63,974 nt of DNA, filler included, from Collodictyon triciliatum (GCA_043381765.1; 10 parts of 10 records of this genome joined end to end with filler, not necessarily neighbours in it); one strand, 5' to 3'; positions 1 through 13,187 are shown, counted from the first letter of the whole stretch. Notes: generated by a model from the letters alone, not told the origin. A program made the numbers and translations.

Positions 1-3000
1 GATTCCTAAAGAAATACCAGACAAAGCTGTTGTTCTAGGATATTATACAAGTTTGATGACTTTTGGTGGAATGGATAAGAATGGAATCATATATAATGAC
101 TTTTGGATGAATGACAGTAACCCTCATATCTATCTCCCCTTTTGAGAAATGATTATAAAATTAGTATTGGAATTCATGCCTTTTAGATAAATTAATTTTG
201 GTTTCGAATCGGTGATTACAGTTGATACATGGAAATGGGAGAAGTTAACAGGACAACAAAGAACAGCCCCTATGATTGCCTTTTCAAGGGCTCTTATAAA
301 ATCAGGAACTATTTTTATGCTTTCAGGAAGTATCCGAAGATTTACGAAAAGAACAGCAACTGTCTATTCCATGTCTCTGAGTGAGTATTTCTTTAGAAAA
401 TATCTTTCAATATTTTTGAAAATTTTAATGGAATCTGATATATATATAAATAATTAGACGATTTCTGGTGTCGAGGTGTCGAAACGATTGATAGCTCCTC
501 TTATATCGTTTCTGATGGAAGTCGTGATTTTAAATACTTTCCTGGGACGGATTGTTCATGGAACATCCAAAAAACAAACTTCATGATAGTACGTAACCAT
601 TTTTATATCCTTTTTTTAATCGATTTTTTTTACTGGGTGGCGCTGATGTTGGCATGATATTACAGAAATATATATATTATATTTTTTCTTTATTTTGTAT
701 TCTAAAAAAGTTCTTGTAGATTAAAAATATGAAAGTCAGCGGAGGAGCTACATTATATCTAGAAACGACATCAGAATGTGATAAGGATATATTAGTAGAT
801 AATATGAATTACAGATCGGTTAGTTTACTTCCGTGTATATTAATAAAAATATTTTGATTTAAATGGATTATGTTGACTTCCGATTTTAATTTCATTAAAT
901 TACAAGAAAACGGTCAACAAAAAATCGGAATATTCAAAATCCATTAAATTTAATAGATCGATATAAGTAAATTGAAAATTAGTAGCCCAATACAAATACC
1001 ATCCGAAAATTCTCGCCTTACATTTAAAGTCCCTATCGATGCCATTAGTGACCAAGGATTTGATATCAAACTATTTTGTATACAACTTAATTACCCATCT
1101 TCGTGTAATACGATACTTCTAAATTGCGCAAATTTCTGAACATTTTATAAGTATTTCTTTTTTTTTTAGATTGCAACAAAGGATTCAGTGCAAGAGAGAA
1201 TGGTTGTTACTGCGAGAAAGAAAGATACATTAATTTCCGAAGAGATTGCGTTCCTTGTCCTTCAGGAAGTTCTCAACCCTTGACTGATCAGGTTTTCATT
1301 TCCACCTTTCTTTCATAATATCTTAGCGATATGAAAAGGTAATATAAATAAAACATGTATTTTAATATAATTTTTTGTTATTAAAAACGAATACAGACCT
1401 TCTGCGCATATCTGAATGAAACGGAGCCTGTAACTAAAAGTGGGTTTTTTATTATTGATTTTGACTTTTCTAACTTGTATCCTACATAAAATATATTTCA
1501 ACTAATACCATTTTCTACCCAACATCTCCGCCATCATCCAAAAAATTGAAAGGAGGAATAAAAAACTAAGAACTCTTTCTAATCCAATAGATATCGACAT
1601 TATTTCTCCAGGAGAAATGATGGAGATTAGCTCTTTTATCCCTCCCATTGCATACGGAAGGATGATATCTCTTGAGGAAACGATATTCCTCCTTGGTGGA
1701 AGTTCATCCATTGATTCTAATCTGATAAATCTTTACTACCCTATGGACATAGTTTACCAAACAAAAACCATAGGTACTTTTTTTTCTTTTTATTTATCCT
1801 TAAATTAAAAAATAAAAAATTATAAACTACATGTTTTCATATTTAAAATATTTTATAGTAAAATCTACATGGACAACAAAAAAAATCAAGGGAGATGTTC
1901 CATCAAGCAGAGTCCATTTTTGCTTGACTGAGAAAGGAGAATACGGGGTTTTAATGGGGGGCCAAACGAAATGGAAAGATGATTATATCTACCACTTCTT
2001 TCCAAAAACTGAGATGTGGAAAAAAATGTACAACAATCCATACCATCGGATTGGATCCTCTTGTGTAAACAACAAAGACGAAATTTTTGTTTACGGAGGA
2101 AAAGACGTAATTTTCGTTTACATGAATTAAGTTACGAGAAATTTGTATTCTGTATCCATAACGTGTACCATATTGCACCACCCACAATGGAAAATAAAAA
2201 AAACATGAAATTAATCATAGAGGAATGGAAGATATGACGGTTCTGTCTACATTTACAGTCCAGGTATTTTATATGAAAACAACCTCCCTAGCATATTATA
2301 TTTATCTAACTATATAATCAGATAAATATAATATCCTCTCTATTTGAGAACTATATTATTTTTTTTAAAAAAAAAGAGTAGAACGATTACGAAATTGATT
2401 ATAATTGAATTCAATATTTTATTTTCATACAAAAACTCAAAAAAAAATCATGCTTAGATAAAGGAAACTGGAGAGCTTTGAATGTAGCTGACGGATTGCC
2501 CAGATTATCATTCTCTTCTATGATAGTAAATAAAAACAGAATCGTTATATTCGGAGGTTTCGATGGTTCAAAGGAAAACGGATACGTTTATTATTTACAA
2601 TATGGTAAGAATTGTTTGAAAATCCAAACATATAAATAAGAAATACTTTGGAGCATTTTATGTGATAGAATTAATATTTTGTCAAATTTTTAATTGTAAG
2701 ATGACCAAGAGATCCAAGTAAAGAATTCTCTGGTGACATTGAATGAATGTAACATTTGCAATGAAGAAGGAGGTATTTGTGACTTTTCAAGACAATCATT
2801 TTCATATGGAGTTTATGAGAACGAACTTCATATTTTCGGAGGAATAAGAGAGGGAGAAGTCCTACAAGACCTAATAGTGATTAACACAGGTATAGTGAAT
2901 AATAATATTGCGAATCATAATGTAAAACCCTCGAAAAAAATATTTCCGTGTTTTACATATCTTGAAGCATTAAAAATTTTTTAATGTCAGAACACTTTTA

Positions 3001-6000
3001 ATTATAAAGAATCAATTCATTATAGAAACTTTCCAAGTGGATTACAGGATAAACTATGGACTGAAAAACCCAATTCTACCAATATCTTTTCCACCTCCGA
3101 AGCACGGAGCCTCTTACATTTCCAATCAATCATCCTTACTAATAATCGGGGGATCTAGTGCAAGCAATTTAGTAGGAAATGATGTCTGGACGTGGGATAC
3201 AAGTAATACGAATTAAAATAAAATTAACTGTTATTAAAAAAAAAAGAATTGTTTAAATAAGAATCAAATCATAAAATAATGTGAATTTCGTCTTTACATT
3301 ATAATTTCTAAATCTTCTGTACCTTTTTTTTTATTTCGGAAATAAAGGTATCAAGACTTGGTCTGACACATCAATAAGACTGACACCTATTCACAGGACC
3401 GAACCTTCTTTTGCGCTATTAGATAATTCAACATTCATAATATTTGGAGGGGTAACTGAATACCTTGAAGAGTTACTTCTTAATGATTTATGGACTTTTA
3501 ATATCGGTAACAGCTATTTTTCGACTATTCTATTTTTACCTTCTGAAAAAAGAATTTAATAAAACATATGAAAACATGTGTAATCGAAAAATACATCTTA
3601 TAAACATAAAATTTATTGAAGATTGTATATTTGAAATTAGATAATCAAGAATGGAAATGTCTATTCATTGAATCTGAGCTAGGCCCCCCACCAAGATCAG
3701 GAGCTTTAATTTCAGTCTATTCAAATAAAGTTTATCTTATATCAGGGAGAACAAAACTAAGAGATTTTGCAGAGAAATTATGGATATTTGATTTAGGTAC
3801 CTTTTAAAAATGGGTTTATTTTTGTAATTAACCATCTTTTAATAATATTTCTAATCTTATAATAATGGAACCTTTAGAAAAAATGTTTTGGATCCAAGAA
3901 AATTACCATCAAGACTTGTCAATATATCAGAGGCCTTTCTATAGAGACGGTTTAAGTTTTATTACTATAGATCAAGATATTTTTATATGGGGCGGTAAAG
4001 TAAGTGATAATATTATTATTGTTATTTAATCACCTTTGTAGTCTTCTTTTTTTTTCATTCGACTTGTAGCTTGGAAGAAACCTTGATAAAATAAAATCTA
4101 CCCTATGCCGACATTTCACAAGTTTCTCTATTTAGATTATATCAGGAACAGACACAAAAGAGTTCTATTCCGCTGTAATGATTTTTGACATCAAGAACAG
4201 GGAACTAAAATCTTCAATGATTGGTGGAATCATCCCTGTAAATTCTTCTTTTATATCATTTTAAATTTTAAACTTGAATTACATTCCCTTGAATATAATC
4301 CAGGAAATAAAATCAATTGAATTAATAAATGATTATCTGATCTTCCAGAAAAAAAGACTTTATCATTCCATGTGTGAACTGGATGTTGATAATATATTAA
4401 TGATTGGAGGCGTCGATTTTTCTGGAAATGTTTTAGATGATTATTGGATCTATAACAAAAGTAAAAATAATTCCTTTTTTTTTCATTCAATCATCGGATT
4501 TTCTCTCATTTTCTCTGTGCATCAAACTGTACCAAAATGATTTTTTCCTTTATTCGATAAATTGCATTCAAACGATAAAACATAAGCTAATATATTTTTT
4601 TTAAAAGGACAACAAAAATGGAGCCAGTTATTTTTAAATGGAAGTGATTCAATGGCACCAATATCCCAACAAATCTGTTCATACTTTGGAGAATATAATA
4701 CGATATTCGGGATTGATCCTGTCACAGGAAAGTCTGTATCGAAGATGATTCAAATCGGTAATTATATTGATCAAATCGATAGTATGAAATCTTCTCTTCT
4801 CTCTTTATTTATACATATATAGTGGAACAATTCTAAGTTGTAAGACTATACAGTAGAAATTTAAAAAAACTAACCCTTCATCTAACTTGATTTAGATTTT
4901 ATGGTTGAATCCATGCTTATACAATCGAATAGAATTATTGGTTATGATTCCATTTCAAAGAATAACGGAGGTGTGCTTAATGACTGCATGGTTTTCTTTG
5001 GCGGGAAAAATGATTATTCCAGGACCAATCAAGTTGTCATCTACAAACCGGGTCCTATATAAAAACTATCCCAAAAAATGAAGAAAAAAAAAAACAACCC
5101 TTTTTTAATAAAATGGCATCCAAGAACCATTTTTATTGACCAAATTAAATTACATTAGGTTTTTGCTCTTCTGTCTTAGTATCTGAAATTAATAGCAACT
5201 TCATTGCTGAAGAGTTTGAAGATGGAAGCGGGATAGCTATGTACCTTACAAATACCAATTGTACCTGGATACTGGCAAATGCGACACATATAATAGTGGA
5301 AAAAAGGATACGAAAGCAAGACATGTGAATAATCCACTTTTCCTTTCAATTATGAATACTAAATTACTAAAAGTTGATAAATTATTAAGATAAATATTAT
5401 AGTTTAGAGATAAAGTCATTGGATACCGGCAATCAAGTATTTGATCTTGATAAAAACAATGAGAATGTATATCATTCTACAAAGGGATTCCAGATAAAAT
5501 TCATTACAGCTTCTGATGAACATAATCTTAAAAATGTCCCATGTCAAGGATGCGAAGGATTTTCCATAATACATGCCAGTAAATATTCCCTTTAATATAA
5601 ATAGACAACTCAAAACGATACATTTTGATAAAAAAAACTGATTTCTATTGATGAAAAATAGAATGCCCAAAAAATGGATATTTAGATGCAACAACTAGAT
5701 CATGTCTATGTAACAACCGATATAAATTAAATCAGGTTATTCAATAAAACAGATACGTGTAATAGTATAATTTAATAAAACATTTATAGTCACTTATGAT
5801 TTTTTTTCAATCTATATAGGATGTATGCGAGGAAGGTGGTTAACCAATTTTTTATGTTAAATGGAAACAAATAACAATTCATTAAAAAATCAATTGAAAT
5901 AATTCAATGAGCAACAACATTAAACTAACGATTTAATGTCCTTATCATAGATCAAGACATTGAAAGATTTCCCTACTTTTTGGTGATTGGGTGTGTTGTT

Positions 6001-6502
6001 GGATTTACTACGGTTGGATTGATATGTGTTTTTTTGGTCTATCGAAAAGGTATTATTAAGAAGATGAGAGATGCCGAAAAAAAACTATACGGAGTTATCG
6101 ACCACAATGAGCTTGTATACGGAAAAATACTTGGTGCTGGTGGATTCGGGGAGGTATTGTCAAACTTGTATCTGAATGCTTTTTGTTTTACCAAACCAAA
6201 TTCATTGTAATGATCACTTTCTTAAGGTTTACAGAGGTACATGGAGAGGGACTGATGTAGCCATTAAAAAGCTTCTTAATAAGAATATAACCAAGGCAGC
6301 TATAGAGGAATTTGAAGCCGAAGTCAGTGTAATGGTGTAAGAATTTGAATCATCGACCCTAACCCAAAAAAAAACGATTCATATAATTATTGAATTTAAA
6401 TCGATTGCATTATTTATTCTATTTTTATTTAGAGAATTGCGACATCCAAACATTGTTTTGTTTATGGCTGCTTGCGTAGATCCCAAATTCTTATGTATTG
6501 TT
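1..6502 (+). CDS. Receptor-like TKL protein kinase, partial at both ends: Kelch repeats, CUB-like domain, Cys-rich unit, more Kelch repeats, second CUB-like domain, Cys-rich unit, one TM helix, kinase N-lobe
   Basis: More than 20 GT-AG exons join in frame. Kelch motifs (FGGMDK..YNDFW, IFGGV..LNDLWTF); CUB-like DGSRDFKYFPGTDCSW and DGSGIAMYLTNTNCTW; TM LVIGCVVGFTTVGLICVFLVY; kinase LGAGGFGEVYRGTWRGTDVAIKKL..EFEAEV..LRHPNIVLFMAAC. Includes a 16-nt micro-exon at 5820-5835. Confidence 0.9.
4524..4576 (-). mobile_element. Old ultra-short retroposon remnant (17 nt) with decayed 18-bp TSD, inside a kinase intron
   Basis: TTTTTCCTTTATTCGAT (4542-4558) matches the family 3' end. Flanks AAACTGTACCAAAATGAT and AAATTGCATTCAAACGAT are 12/18 identical, with mostly transition differences. 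Confidence 0.5.
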
Positions 6503-6602
6503 NNNNNNNNNNNNNNNNNNNNNNNNNNNNNNNNNNNNNNNNNNNNTTAATTAATTAANNNNNNNNNNNNNNNNNNNNNNNNNNNNNNNNNNNNNNNNNN
6601 NN
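6503..6602. other. Artificial contig linker (N44-TTAATTAATTAA-N44). Also at 13032-13131, 19559-19658, 26085-26184, 32607-32706, 39229-39328, 45748-45847, 52263-52362, 62372-62471
   Basis: Identical 100-nt spacers with stop codons in all six frames. Genes are cut at them. Intervening contigs are 6429, 6427, 6426, 6422, 6522, 6419, 6415 and 10009 nt. Confidence 0.98.
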
Positions 6603-6922
6603 AAAAGGAAAAAAGAGAAAAGAAAAAGAAAAAGAAAAAAAAGAAAAAGAAAAAGGAAAAAAGGAAAAAGAAAAAGGAAAAAAGGAAAAAGAAAAAGGAA
6701 AAAGGAAAAAGGAAAAAGGAAAAAGGAAAAAGGAAAAAGGAAAAAGGAAAAAGGAAAAAGGAAAAAGGAAAAAAAGGAAAAAAAGGAAAAAAGGAAAAAA
6801 GGAAAAAAGGAAAAAAGGAAAAAAGGAAAAAAGAAAAAGGAAAAAAAGAAAAAAAGGAAAAGGAAAAAAAGAAAAAGGAAAAAAAGGAAAAAGGAAAAAT
6901 AAAAGTAAAGGAAAAGGAAAAA
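6603..6922. repeat. Purine-rich simple repeat (GGAAAAA)n
   Basis: Direct reading; lies at a contig start. Confidence 0.9.
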
Positions 6923-6939
6923 TGAAAACAATCATGTAG

Positions 6940-7387
6940 ATACGACGACGACGATGGTGACTCTCGTGAAGATGAAGATGAAGATGACGGTGATGACGGT
7001 GATTTCGATGCCGAGGATGATTACGAGCTTGACGATGGCGATATTGATGATGATGCAGTCATTCTCAAACACCCGCGTGCAGTCAGACGGGGAAGACGCT
7101 CAAGTACGCAAGCTGACGATTCCCTGTCAGACTCAGAACCTCAGCCTCTCGAAGGGCTACATATCTCTCAAAAGACACCACCTCGCTACAGTTCACGTAA
7201 AGGATCCAAGGAAAGCCGGACTACATCAATACACGACGCGGAAGATGCAAGAACTGGAGAAAGCGGCTCCCACGGCACTAGCCCAAGCACATCAATTAGC
7301 AGCAATACGTCAAGTCTTCTGCTGGGTGACCGCAGACGCAGCTTCTCCTTCCATTTCCGTTCCACAGGAGAGAACACAAGCGCCTGA
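6940..7387 (+). CDS. Probable terminal exon of an unknown gene (acidic and Ser-rich low-complexity tail)
   Basis: After a TAG acceptor at 6937-6939 an open frame reads YDDDDGDSREDEDEDDGDD...RRSFSFHFRSTGENTSA*. It has no ATG and is absent from the ORF track; GC content is raised. Confidence 0.5.
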
Positions 7388-7804
7388 TAAGATATCTCCG
7401 CTCATTTGGTGGTGGTGGGATGCCAAAAGATTTTATTGACTGAAAAGCAGAGTGAAAAGGGGAAACTGGGTTGAAGACTAGAAAATAATTCACATCTGCA
7501 CTAACTTTTTTTTTGACGGCTGTACGCGAACTTCAAATCACTACACCAACTGACTTTTCTGAGGGGGTTATATCCGCATGCGCATATAAAGCTGGATTTT
7601 AACTTAATCCGTGCCAATCTAATCGGTTGTAGCTATTCGATTATTGAAACCTTTACAGACACCCAGACTGACACAACCTAAGAATGCAGGCAAAGGCTTG
7701 TCAAGCTCGCAAATAAATCATTTACCCTGTCTTCTATCGTATTGTCCTTGCCGCTCCTAGATAACTACTTAAAGCAATCCACAATCCCTGCTGGGTCATT
7801 CATT

Positions 7805-7903
7805 CATACATACATACATACATACATACATACATACATACATACATACATACATACATACATACATACATACATACATACATACATACATACATACATA
7901 CAT
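7805..7903. repeat. (TACA)n microsatellite
   Basis: Direct reading. Confidence 0.95.
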
Positions 7904-8135
7904 AAAGAGTTTCAAGCCAGGAAATTTTGGTTTTATTCTTTTCCATTGAGAAGCCTTCATGAATGAGCAAGTCCAAAGTTTGGACTACCCGTGGTTTTTT
8001 TTCTCTTTTCTTTTATCCGTTTCAGTTATAAAATTTTATCTTTTTTATCTTTTTTTTTTTTTTCGTTTTCATGGTTCATCTGGCTGTTTTGTGAGAATGA
8101 AGGAATCAGGAAAAGAAACCAAGGGAACGGTTACT

Positions 8136-10674
8136 TTACTTCTTGATGAAGTAGACCTTTCCCTTTTGCGAGGCGCTACTGTCAAACGGAGCAGAGACCA
8201 GGATATTGCTCCCCTCAACATCGACATCAAAGCCATATGCATCAGAGCCGTCGGCAACTGGAGACTCCACATAGTAGTATTCGCTCCAATCATTTCCACT
8301 CTTTGTGAACAGATGCATGGAGCCTATGTGACAAAGACGAAGAAAAAAATTGAGCAGGTGTGCAAGATGAAATAAATGTGAAAAAATCAGTAGAAATAAT
8401 GTCACAAACCCTTGATGTTGCAAGCTTGTCCATTTGCGCAGGGCTTGGCTCCAACAGCAAGTCGGTTTCCGTCTGTAGAAAAGCTGAAGCTGAATCCAAA
8501 GTGCTTTCCAGCAACGACAGTATTTGGCTTGATTGTGGATGCAAACGCATATTGGCCATTGCCGTTCGGGGTGTATCTCAGAATCGACCCGGCGTTCGCG
8601 TCAGTGCTCCCGTCATTCACAGCCGAAACATAGAGGGCGTTTGCATTGAACTCAATAGCCCATCCGAATCCGAGCTTGTTGGCGTTAGTGATGGTCTGAG
8701 AGACTTCCCACTCTTCATACTTGAATTCATACACAAATACTGCTTGGTCAGAAACAGTCTCGGGATTGTTGGAGACCGCCAGTTTTGTAACGCTTCCAAG
8801 GGATACGGACTGGCCGAAGCGGTCATTCAGCTTTGGAGTTGGAGCCATGACGGTGACTCTCATGCCCCACTTGCCGTTGTCCTTCTTTTTGTAGATGTGC
8901 GCACATCCGGCGTTTGTAGCAGCTTCAGAGTGGTCGTACACAGGCATTCCGATGGCTACGATACTGTCGATGTTTGAGATGGACGAGCCAAGTTCGTAGT
9001 TCTTCGATGTCTTTCGATAGCGGATGATGGAATCCTTCACGAACTCATCTTGTCCAGCGTTCCATGTGTACAAAACCACAACACCGATATCAGCGTTGAT
9101 GTACTTTGATTTGGGCACAGAAACTATCAAATAGTGAGCGTTCAGCAGCATGTTGAACCCAAACAAGTTGTCTCTGTTGAGGAACGGATTCTTGATTTTG
9201 TTGTGAGCAACCCATAAGCCAGAAGTCGCGCTCATTTTGTATGTCAGAATGAAACCGCCGTTGCACTTCTCCGGGGTGTTGGGTCTTAGGCAGAACGGCA
9301 CTGAAATCACTGCGATGTCGTTATAAATCTCGACTTCGTATCCAAACATTTCTGATTTCTTCTTGTCGTACCAGTCCACGGAGTGGATGGCTGGAGACTT
9401 TGAACGGGATTTGGATTTAGACTTTGAACGAGACTTCGATTTAGACTTTGAGCGGGATTTGGATTTAGACTTTGAACGAGACTTCGATTTAGACTTTGAA
9501 CGGGACTTTGATTTAGACTTTGAACGGGACTTTGATTTGGATTTTGAGCGAGACTTCGATTTGGATGTTGTTGCTGCTGGTACGATTTCTGGTGGATTCC
9601 AAACTTTCACTGTTCTGTCATCGCCTCCAGCAGATACAATAATAGTACTATCGGGGCTAACAGCAACACCATCGATGTAGCCAGTATGACCTGTCAAAGT
9701 TCGGACCAGAGTTCCATCAGCAACATTCCACACTTTAATTGTAGTGTCAGAGCTCCCTGAGATTATCTTGGAACCATCGCCGTTGAAAGCTACACTCAGC
9801 GCATGGTTTGTGTGCCCTGTGAACGAGTAAATCTGTGTTCCGTCACCGAGGTTCCAATACCGAACACTCATGTCATAACTTGCAGAAGCGACTTTGGTAC
9901 CATCGCGCGATATCGCCACTCCACGAATACCACCAGAGTGACCAGTTAGGGTTCGAATCAGGGTTCCGTCAGAAAAGTTCCAAATCTTGATGACGTTGTC
10001 AGTATTTCCGGACACAATCTTCGTCCCATCAGGAGTTATAGCGAGACGCCAGATAGCGCTAGATGGACTATTAATTGTTCGAACCCAACTTCCGTCGGAA
10101 AGATTCCAGATTTTGATCGTCTGGTCGAAACTCCCTGATACTATCTTGGTGCCGTCTGGGGATATGGCAGCGGTATACACATAAGTGTCGTGGGCATTGA
10201 TGGTCTGAATCAACCCTCCAGTCGAAAAGTTCCAAATTCTAACAGTTTGGTCCGAGCTGCCTGCAGACACCACTTTGGTCCCGTCCGGAGTAACAGCAAC
10301 ACTGTAAGCACCAGCAGTGTGACCTGTCAGCGACCGAATCAGGGTTCCATCGGAAAGATTCCATATTTTAATAACTCCGTCTCCACCGCCCCCAGACAGT
10401 GCTTTAGTACCATCAGGAGTTATGGTAACATGCCTTGTGTAGTAGCTGGTATCGGCCATCGAGCGCACGAGGTAGGTTTGGCCCATGGTTTGGTACATTT
10501 CTGCGCATACTAAAAGGCCTATGTCAACACATTAGAGGATGAGCTCAAAAACGGCTTCTTTTATCTTGTTTTTTGGCTTAATAAACCTGACATATTATTG
10601 ATTGATCTATGGATTATAGCTGCACCTATCAGCACGAAGGCCGCCGTATTCGCTCGTGTAAGCAACCCAATCAT
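8136..10674 (-). CDS. Secreted protein: signal peptide, 7 WD40 repeats, (SKSKSRSK)n linker, FG-GAP repeat propeller; 3 exons
   Basis: Exon 1 MIGLLTRANTAAFVLI joins GLLVCAEMYQ across a phase-1 GT-AG intron. GH..WN repeats follow, then FG..V/L motifs (FGYEVEI, FGFNMLL, FGQSVSL, FGWAIEF, FGFSFSF). Last exon (about 8324-8136) is GSMHLF...YGFDVDV...LVSAP...GKVYFIKK*. Confidence 0.9.
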
Positions 10675-11796
10675 TCTGCATAGTTAATGCTTAGTATTCA
10701 GTCGCAAAAAGATAAGTTTGAGGCATTTGTTTACTATATGTCCTATCATTATGAAGTTTGTTGGGTCAAGCTAACATTTTACTGCAAGAAAAAAAAACAT
10801 TCATCCATTATTATGACATTTAACTCGGTTTGATATTTCTAGAATTGATAAAGGTATCTATATATTAAGCGATTCAGAAAACCAAAGGACTATTATAAGA
10901 TATTCTTTCTAATATCAAGTGTGAATCATATAGGAAAGATGTATTAAAAGGAAGGAACGGTTTGTGATATCATGAAGCAAATTAAACACAATATATTATC
11001 CCTCTAATTTAGCTTTGATGTTAAATTGTTATCATTCAGGGGTGCCATCGATTTTGTGGAGAGCGGTTGTATTTTGAAGAATAATTGTGATGTATTGTTA
11101 CATTTAACCATATTAAAAGCATATTAAATGTTGCTAATAATAAAGCATTTGCTGCATAATATTGGGCATTCCCAGTTAAGCACGAAAGATGATATGATGA
11201 GATAGCCGTCAAGGTCGCCTCTAAAATCCTTCACAGATGAGAAAGTTTTGCCTTAAAAAACATTTGTGAGCACTCAAACTTAAACAGGGGTTCAAGTATC
11301 ACCGAGTAAAAAACGCATTTAAAAAGAAAGTTATTGGAAAGAGACAAACCATGGGTGTATAGTAATAAATTTGACATATCTACCGCACTACCGTGCGACA
11401 TAAATGTATAAAGCGCGTTCATTCATCATATTTTGGTCAAACGAAGTGAGAATCTGAGAACGGCATATCTTTCAGCATCAAATAAGCCTGCAGATGAATG
11501 AACTAATATATTGATCAATCATATTAACGAACGAAAAAGTGAATAAAAGGTGTCCATATTGTATTAGTCCACAAAAAACCATGAATCCGCTGATGAGCTA
11601 CTTACATCGCAATGCTGATGCACAGATGCTAGTGTAAAGCTGACCAATATATTTCTGATATAATTTATGAATTTAATGCAAACGAAAACTCTTCCACAAA
11701 CCCATAGTGTTGCGCTCATCCATCCTGATTTCGAGGTGATCGAACACCGTATTATCCTTCAGGTCTGTCGAACCTCTGGAGTCAAAAGGCCATTTA

Positions 11797-11911
11797 GAAA
11801 CAAACAAACAAACAAACAAACAAACAAACAAACAAACAAACAAACAAACAAACAAACAAACAAACAAACAAACAAACAAACAAACAAACAAACAAACAAA
11901 CAAACAGACAA
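11797..11911. repeat. (CAAA)n microsatellite
   Basis: Direct reading. Confidence 0.95.
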
Positions 11912-12515
11912 AGGGCAACACCATCCGACTGAAGACATTGCAGTGGCTCAAATGGCCAAGAAATATTGCGGGACATTATGAGATGAATGGGAAACAGCAC
12001 GAAGCTTTGTCGTTCTTATGTTTAGCAGCCAGCGCGCAGATTCCGTCCAGACGCCTGTTCGGCGAGAGGATTGTGAGTTTGAGGCCGACAAAAAGAGGAA
12101 ACAGGAGCGGACTGTTACAAGCCGCGGAGAATGTTGCTCGGGTGTTCGCTTTTATAAGCAGGAGAATCGCGGCTTTGGATGCGATGTGAAAAATTCGTCG
12201 ACTTATGCCATTACTGGATTGTACGCAATATTTCGACTTATATGATGAATTTTATTATATGTTCAGTATTAATTGATATAATAGCTCCATATATACGAAT
12301 TATCTGGTACTTTGGCTATCTGTCCCTATTGGGTTAATTGACTATATTTAACCAAAAATAGCTCTGGTCATTGAATAATTCTCAACTTAAGCCCAATAAA
12401 GCGATTTTCGCGCATTCATCCCCGAAGCAAACAAAAACCCTATTAAGATTATCTTAAGCTTTAGGAAGTCGTTTGAACAATTCTCACCAAATATCTATAT
12501 GTGGAATATATGTAA

Positions 12516-12588
12516 ATTCTTGTGGCTCAGCTGGACAAGCGATGGGCATACGAAATATCGGGAGGCTGTTCGATACCCGTTGAGCCTC
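12516..12588 (+). pseudogene. Degenerate tRNA-like sequence (pseudo-tRNA or SINE head)
   Basis: A-box-like TGGCTCAGCTGG and B-box-like GTTCGATACC at tRNA spacing, with TACGAA between them. Acceptor and anticodon stems pair poorly. Confidence 0.45.
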
Positions 12589-12639
12589 AATAATTTTGCG
12601 GATGATAAGCCAATTCACTGAATCCTTCGCGCTTTTCGC

Positions 12640-13031
12640 TTTTTAATCTTCGCTCTTTCCTGTCCTTTTCATTCTAGTTTTTTATTCTTTTTTATTCTTT
12701 TTTATTTTTTCTTTTTTTATGCTTTTTATTCCTTTTTATTCCTTTTTATTCTTTTTATTCTTTTTTATTATTTTTTATTCTTTTTATTCTTTTTATTCTT
12801 TTTTATTTTTATTCTTTTTTTACACTTTTTAATCTTCGCTCTTTCCTGTCCTTTTCATTCTTGCTTTTTTATTCTTTTTTATTCTTTTTTATTCTTTTTT
12901 ATTTTTATTGTTTTTTTTATTCTTTTTATTCTTTTTTATTCTTTTTTATTCTTTTTTATTCTTTTTTATTCTTTTTTATTCTTTTTTATTCTTTTTATTC
13001 TTTTTATTCTTTTTTATTCTTTTTTATTCTT
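12640..13031. repeat. (TTTTTTATTC)n simple repeat with a duplicated head of about 35 nt
   Basis: TTTTTAATCTTCGCTCTTTCCTGTCCTTTTCATTCT occurs at about 12640 and again at about 12826. Confidence 0.85.
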
Positions 13032-13145
13032 NNNNNNNNNNNNNNNNNNNNNNNNNNNNNNNNNNNNNNNNNNNNTTAATTAATTAANNNNNNNNNNNNN
13101 NNNNNNNNNNNNNNNNNNNNNNNNNNNNNNNTTTTTTTATATAAT

Positions 13146-13187
<42 letters not shown>

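Noticed and set aside
6547-6558. Palindromic TTAATTAATTAA recurring about every 6.5 kb
   Set aside because: Always embedded in N runs of fixed length; a synthetic all-frame-stop linker, so the periodicity reflects size-sorted contigs.
8360-8977. Plus-strand 205-aa ORF and similar antisense ORFs
   Set aside because: Shadow frames of the WD40/FG-GAP, CCT8 and DBT coding regions.
11673-12190. TATA-like box (about 12155, minus strand) and short exon-like frames
   Set aside because: No recognisable product; may be UTR or promoter sequence.
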